DNA from: Mustelus asterias
Taxonomy: Eukaryota
Direction: 5' to 3'
Length of the DNA stretch: 64,000 nucleotides
Assembly: GCF_964213995.1 (NCBI RefSeq)
Contig: NC_135809.1
Coordinates: 91,698,001 to 91,762,000 of the forward strand
Below the pieces are notes generated by a model that was given only the letters and a program-made list of their open reading frames with translations, had not been told where the DNA came from and ran no database searches. Shown here in pieces: positions 62,022 to 64,000 of the stretch. The position numbers were made by a program, and so were the translations under genes. The stretch's first letter is position 1, and the number at the start of each line of letters is the position of its first letter.

Positions 62022-62318
62022 CTTCCACCTTCTTCAAGGTAACAGACGTTATTCTGGATTTACTGGAAAGTATCCCTGGCGAGAGGGCAAGGAAAGCTTC
62101 ACATTTGCAATGTTACAGCCAGTTACTGAGGAGGAGAGCTCCTGTGTTCGGCTCTTGTTACGGCGAGCGGGGCGGAAGTCGGTTCTGTGTCAACAGCGGG
62201 GCGGAAGTCGGTTCTGTGTCCGCGGGCTGGAGGGTCCGTCTCTCCGACTCGGCCTGGTCCGTCCCTGAAAGGTGTCCGGGTGTTTGATTGTCCGTGTGCG
62301 CACGGCGCGGCTGGGGGA
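62022..62318. promoter_or_regulatory. Bidirectional SDHAF2/CPSF7 promoter
   Basis: 297 bp between divergent ATGs; CpG-rich; 26-bp direct repeat AGCGGGGCGGAAGTCGGTTCTGTGTC at 62166-62191 and 62195-62220 (GC box + ETS CGGAAGT). Confidence 0.8.
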
Positions 62319-62372
62319 ATGGCCGAAGGAGCCGATCTGATCGACATTTACGCGGATGAAGAGTTTAATCAG
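62319..62372 (+). CDS. CPSF7: Cleavage and polyadenylation specificity factor 7 (CFIm59), first coding exon; 3'-partial
   Basis: MAEGADLIDIYADEEFNQ|gtgagt resembles the CPSF7 N-terminus (DLIDIYADEEFNQ, versus CPSF6 DHIDIYADVGEEFNQ). It is head-to-head with SDHAF2, as in mammals. Confidence 0.9.
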
Positions 62373-64000
62373 GTGAGTGAGCGGGAGTTTGTGGGTATAA
62401 GAGTTGTGCCGAGTTGGGGGGAAGTGAAGAGACTGAGTTAAGGACTTGGGAAGCAGAGAGTGGCGGGGATCTGCTGGCAGGCCTCGGGTCTTGGCTCGAG
62501 TTGGAGGAACCGGGTGAATTCCCTTCCCCCGGGCCCATGAGCTGAGAGAACCGCTGCAGGAGAATCGGCAGCTTAAAATCAGCTTTGACTCGAGTCTGGC
62601 CTGGGACCTTTCAGAGGGGGAAATAAATGTTCAAATGTTGAAATAAATGGGCGGAACCCACTTTTACAGAACTTAAAACCGATGAGTGTGGGTTGGCCTG
62701 GATTTTTTTATGTTGAAGTTTTCAAATATTTATAAAAGAAATACCGGTTATATCTGTGTGAAATAAAAACTGTTGATAAGTTGAGGTTCGAAATGACATA
62801 TTGATGGATGCAGCTTACTGAAAGCCGATTTAAAAATAAAGTGACATACCAAGAAAATGAAATTGAACATGAAATGATGGCATCTACAGTTAGTACGCCG
62901 ACATCTTGGGAACGAACAAGGCAGGTTCATGGTCTGGATTTTACCTTTCAGATCTGATTGATTTGCTGATGTGTTTCGTGAGCGCTTATATAATTTCTTA
63001 GTTTCCCCATGTCTCTGGCAGCATGTTTTCAGTGTAGCAAACGATTGCCCCGGAGCAATGAATTCAAACATTTACTGTACTTTTGGGGGAGGAAATCTAG
63101 AGCTAAAAAGGAGAAAACGTGAAAATTGCAAATTAAAAATAATCAGAAAATGCAACAAAATTAAAAAATTGAGAAGAGAAAAGAAAGTTACTGATTTGGA
63201 TGGAGACCTTTTGTCAGAATGCAAAATAAAGTCAAATGACATTATTCCAATTAAAGTTTACATATACGCCAAAGAACATTTCCTCTCATGTGTCTGCAGT
63301 GCTGAATATCCTTTCAGCAACTTCTATATTTCCATGTCAGATTCTCTCGTTCACATTCATTTTGCCTCTTTGCAGGTTTGAAGTATGCTAATTAACCTTT
63401 ATACTCTCTAATGCATTTTGTTATCTCTGAATTTTCTGTTCTTTACTCAAAGACCCATTGTACGCCTATCAACATTGGCTGCCATTTGGCAATGGAGAGG
63501 TTAGACCATAAGCTGTAGGAGCAGAAGTGAGCTGTTTGGCCCATTGAGTCTGCTCTGCCGCCCAGTGAGATCATGATTGATTTGATAATTCTCAACTCCA
63601 CTTTTCCAACTTACCCCCATTGCCTTCGATTCCCTTCCTGATTAAAAATCTGTCTATCTCAGCCTTGACTATGCTTAACGACCCAGCCTCTACAGCCCTC
63701 CACGGTAAAGAATTACATAGATTCACAACCCAATGAGAGAAGAAATTCTTCCTCATCTTTGTCTTTAATGCTATATTGTTACTAAAGTATGTTGCATTAC
63801 TTGAAGGTAAGATTGTCAGTGAAACAAATGGGATGATAGGAAAATGTGATAAGTAATAGTGGAAAAAATGGTTCCATTCATAAAGATTATTTAAAAATCA
63901 AATCATTTTTGTTTTTAGACAATGGAAGTACAGCAGTTGCATGGTTCTACAATGAAAAAAAAATGAAGGTTATGAAAGTGAATATTTAGTTGTAATATTT

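Noticed and set aside
62870-62960. Possible C/D snoRNA in CPSF7 intron 1 (ATGATGG...CTGA)
   Set aside because: The C box is imperfect, there is no convincing terminal stem, and I recognise no rRNA/snRNA antisense element.
1-64000. CRISPR arrays, operons or other prokaryotic systems
   Set aside because: The sequence is intron-rich vertebrate DNA with no regularly spaced repeat-spacer array.

Overview
Vertebrate genomic DNA, most likely from a shark or other elasmobranch (inferred from the HE1-type SINE, CR1 and Penelope repeat landscape). I reconstructed five spliced protein-coding genes by hand: the last three coding exons of TMEM138 (+), complete TMEM216 (+), its complete paralogue TMEM80 (+) directly downstream, complete SDHAF2 (-), and the first coding exon of CPSF7 (+), head-to-head with SDHAF2. 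The most notable structure is a three-gene ciliary cluster, TMEM138-TMEM216-TMEM80. Both paralogues use a 17-nt microexon followed by a GT-AG U12 (minor spliceosome) intron, carry RFX X-box-like motifs next to the start codon, and have a last splice donor that overlaps an in-frame stop. The rest is dense with retroelements: CR1, L2, Rex1/Babar and RTE LINE fragments, several tRNA-derived SINE families, and palindromic Penelope-like elements carrying minimal hammerhead ribozymes. Almost all ORFs in the supplied track are TE remnants or spurious. Gene names come from recognising the protein sequences from memory; no database search was run. Repeat boundaries are approximate.
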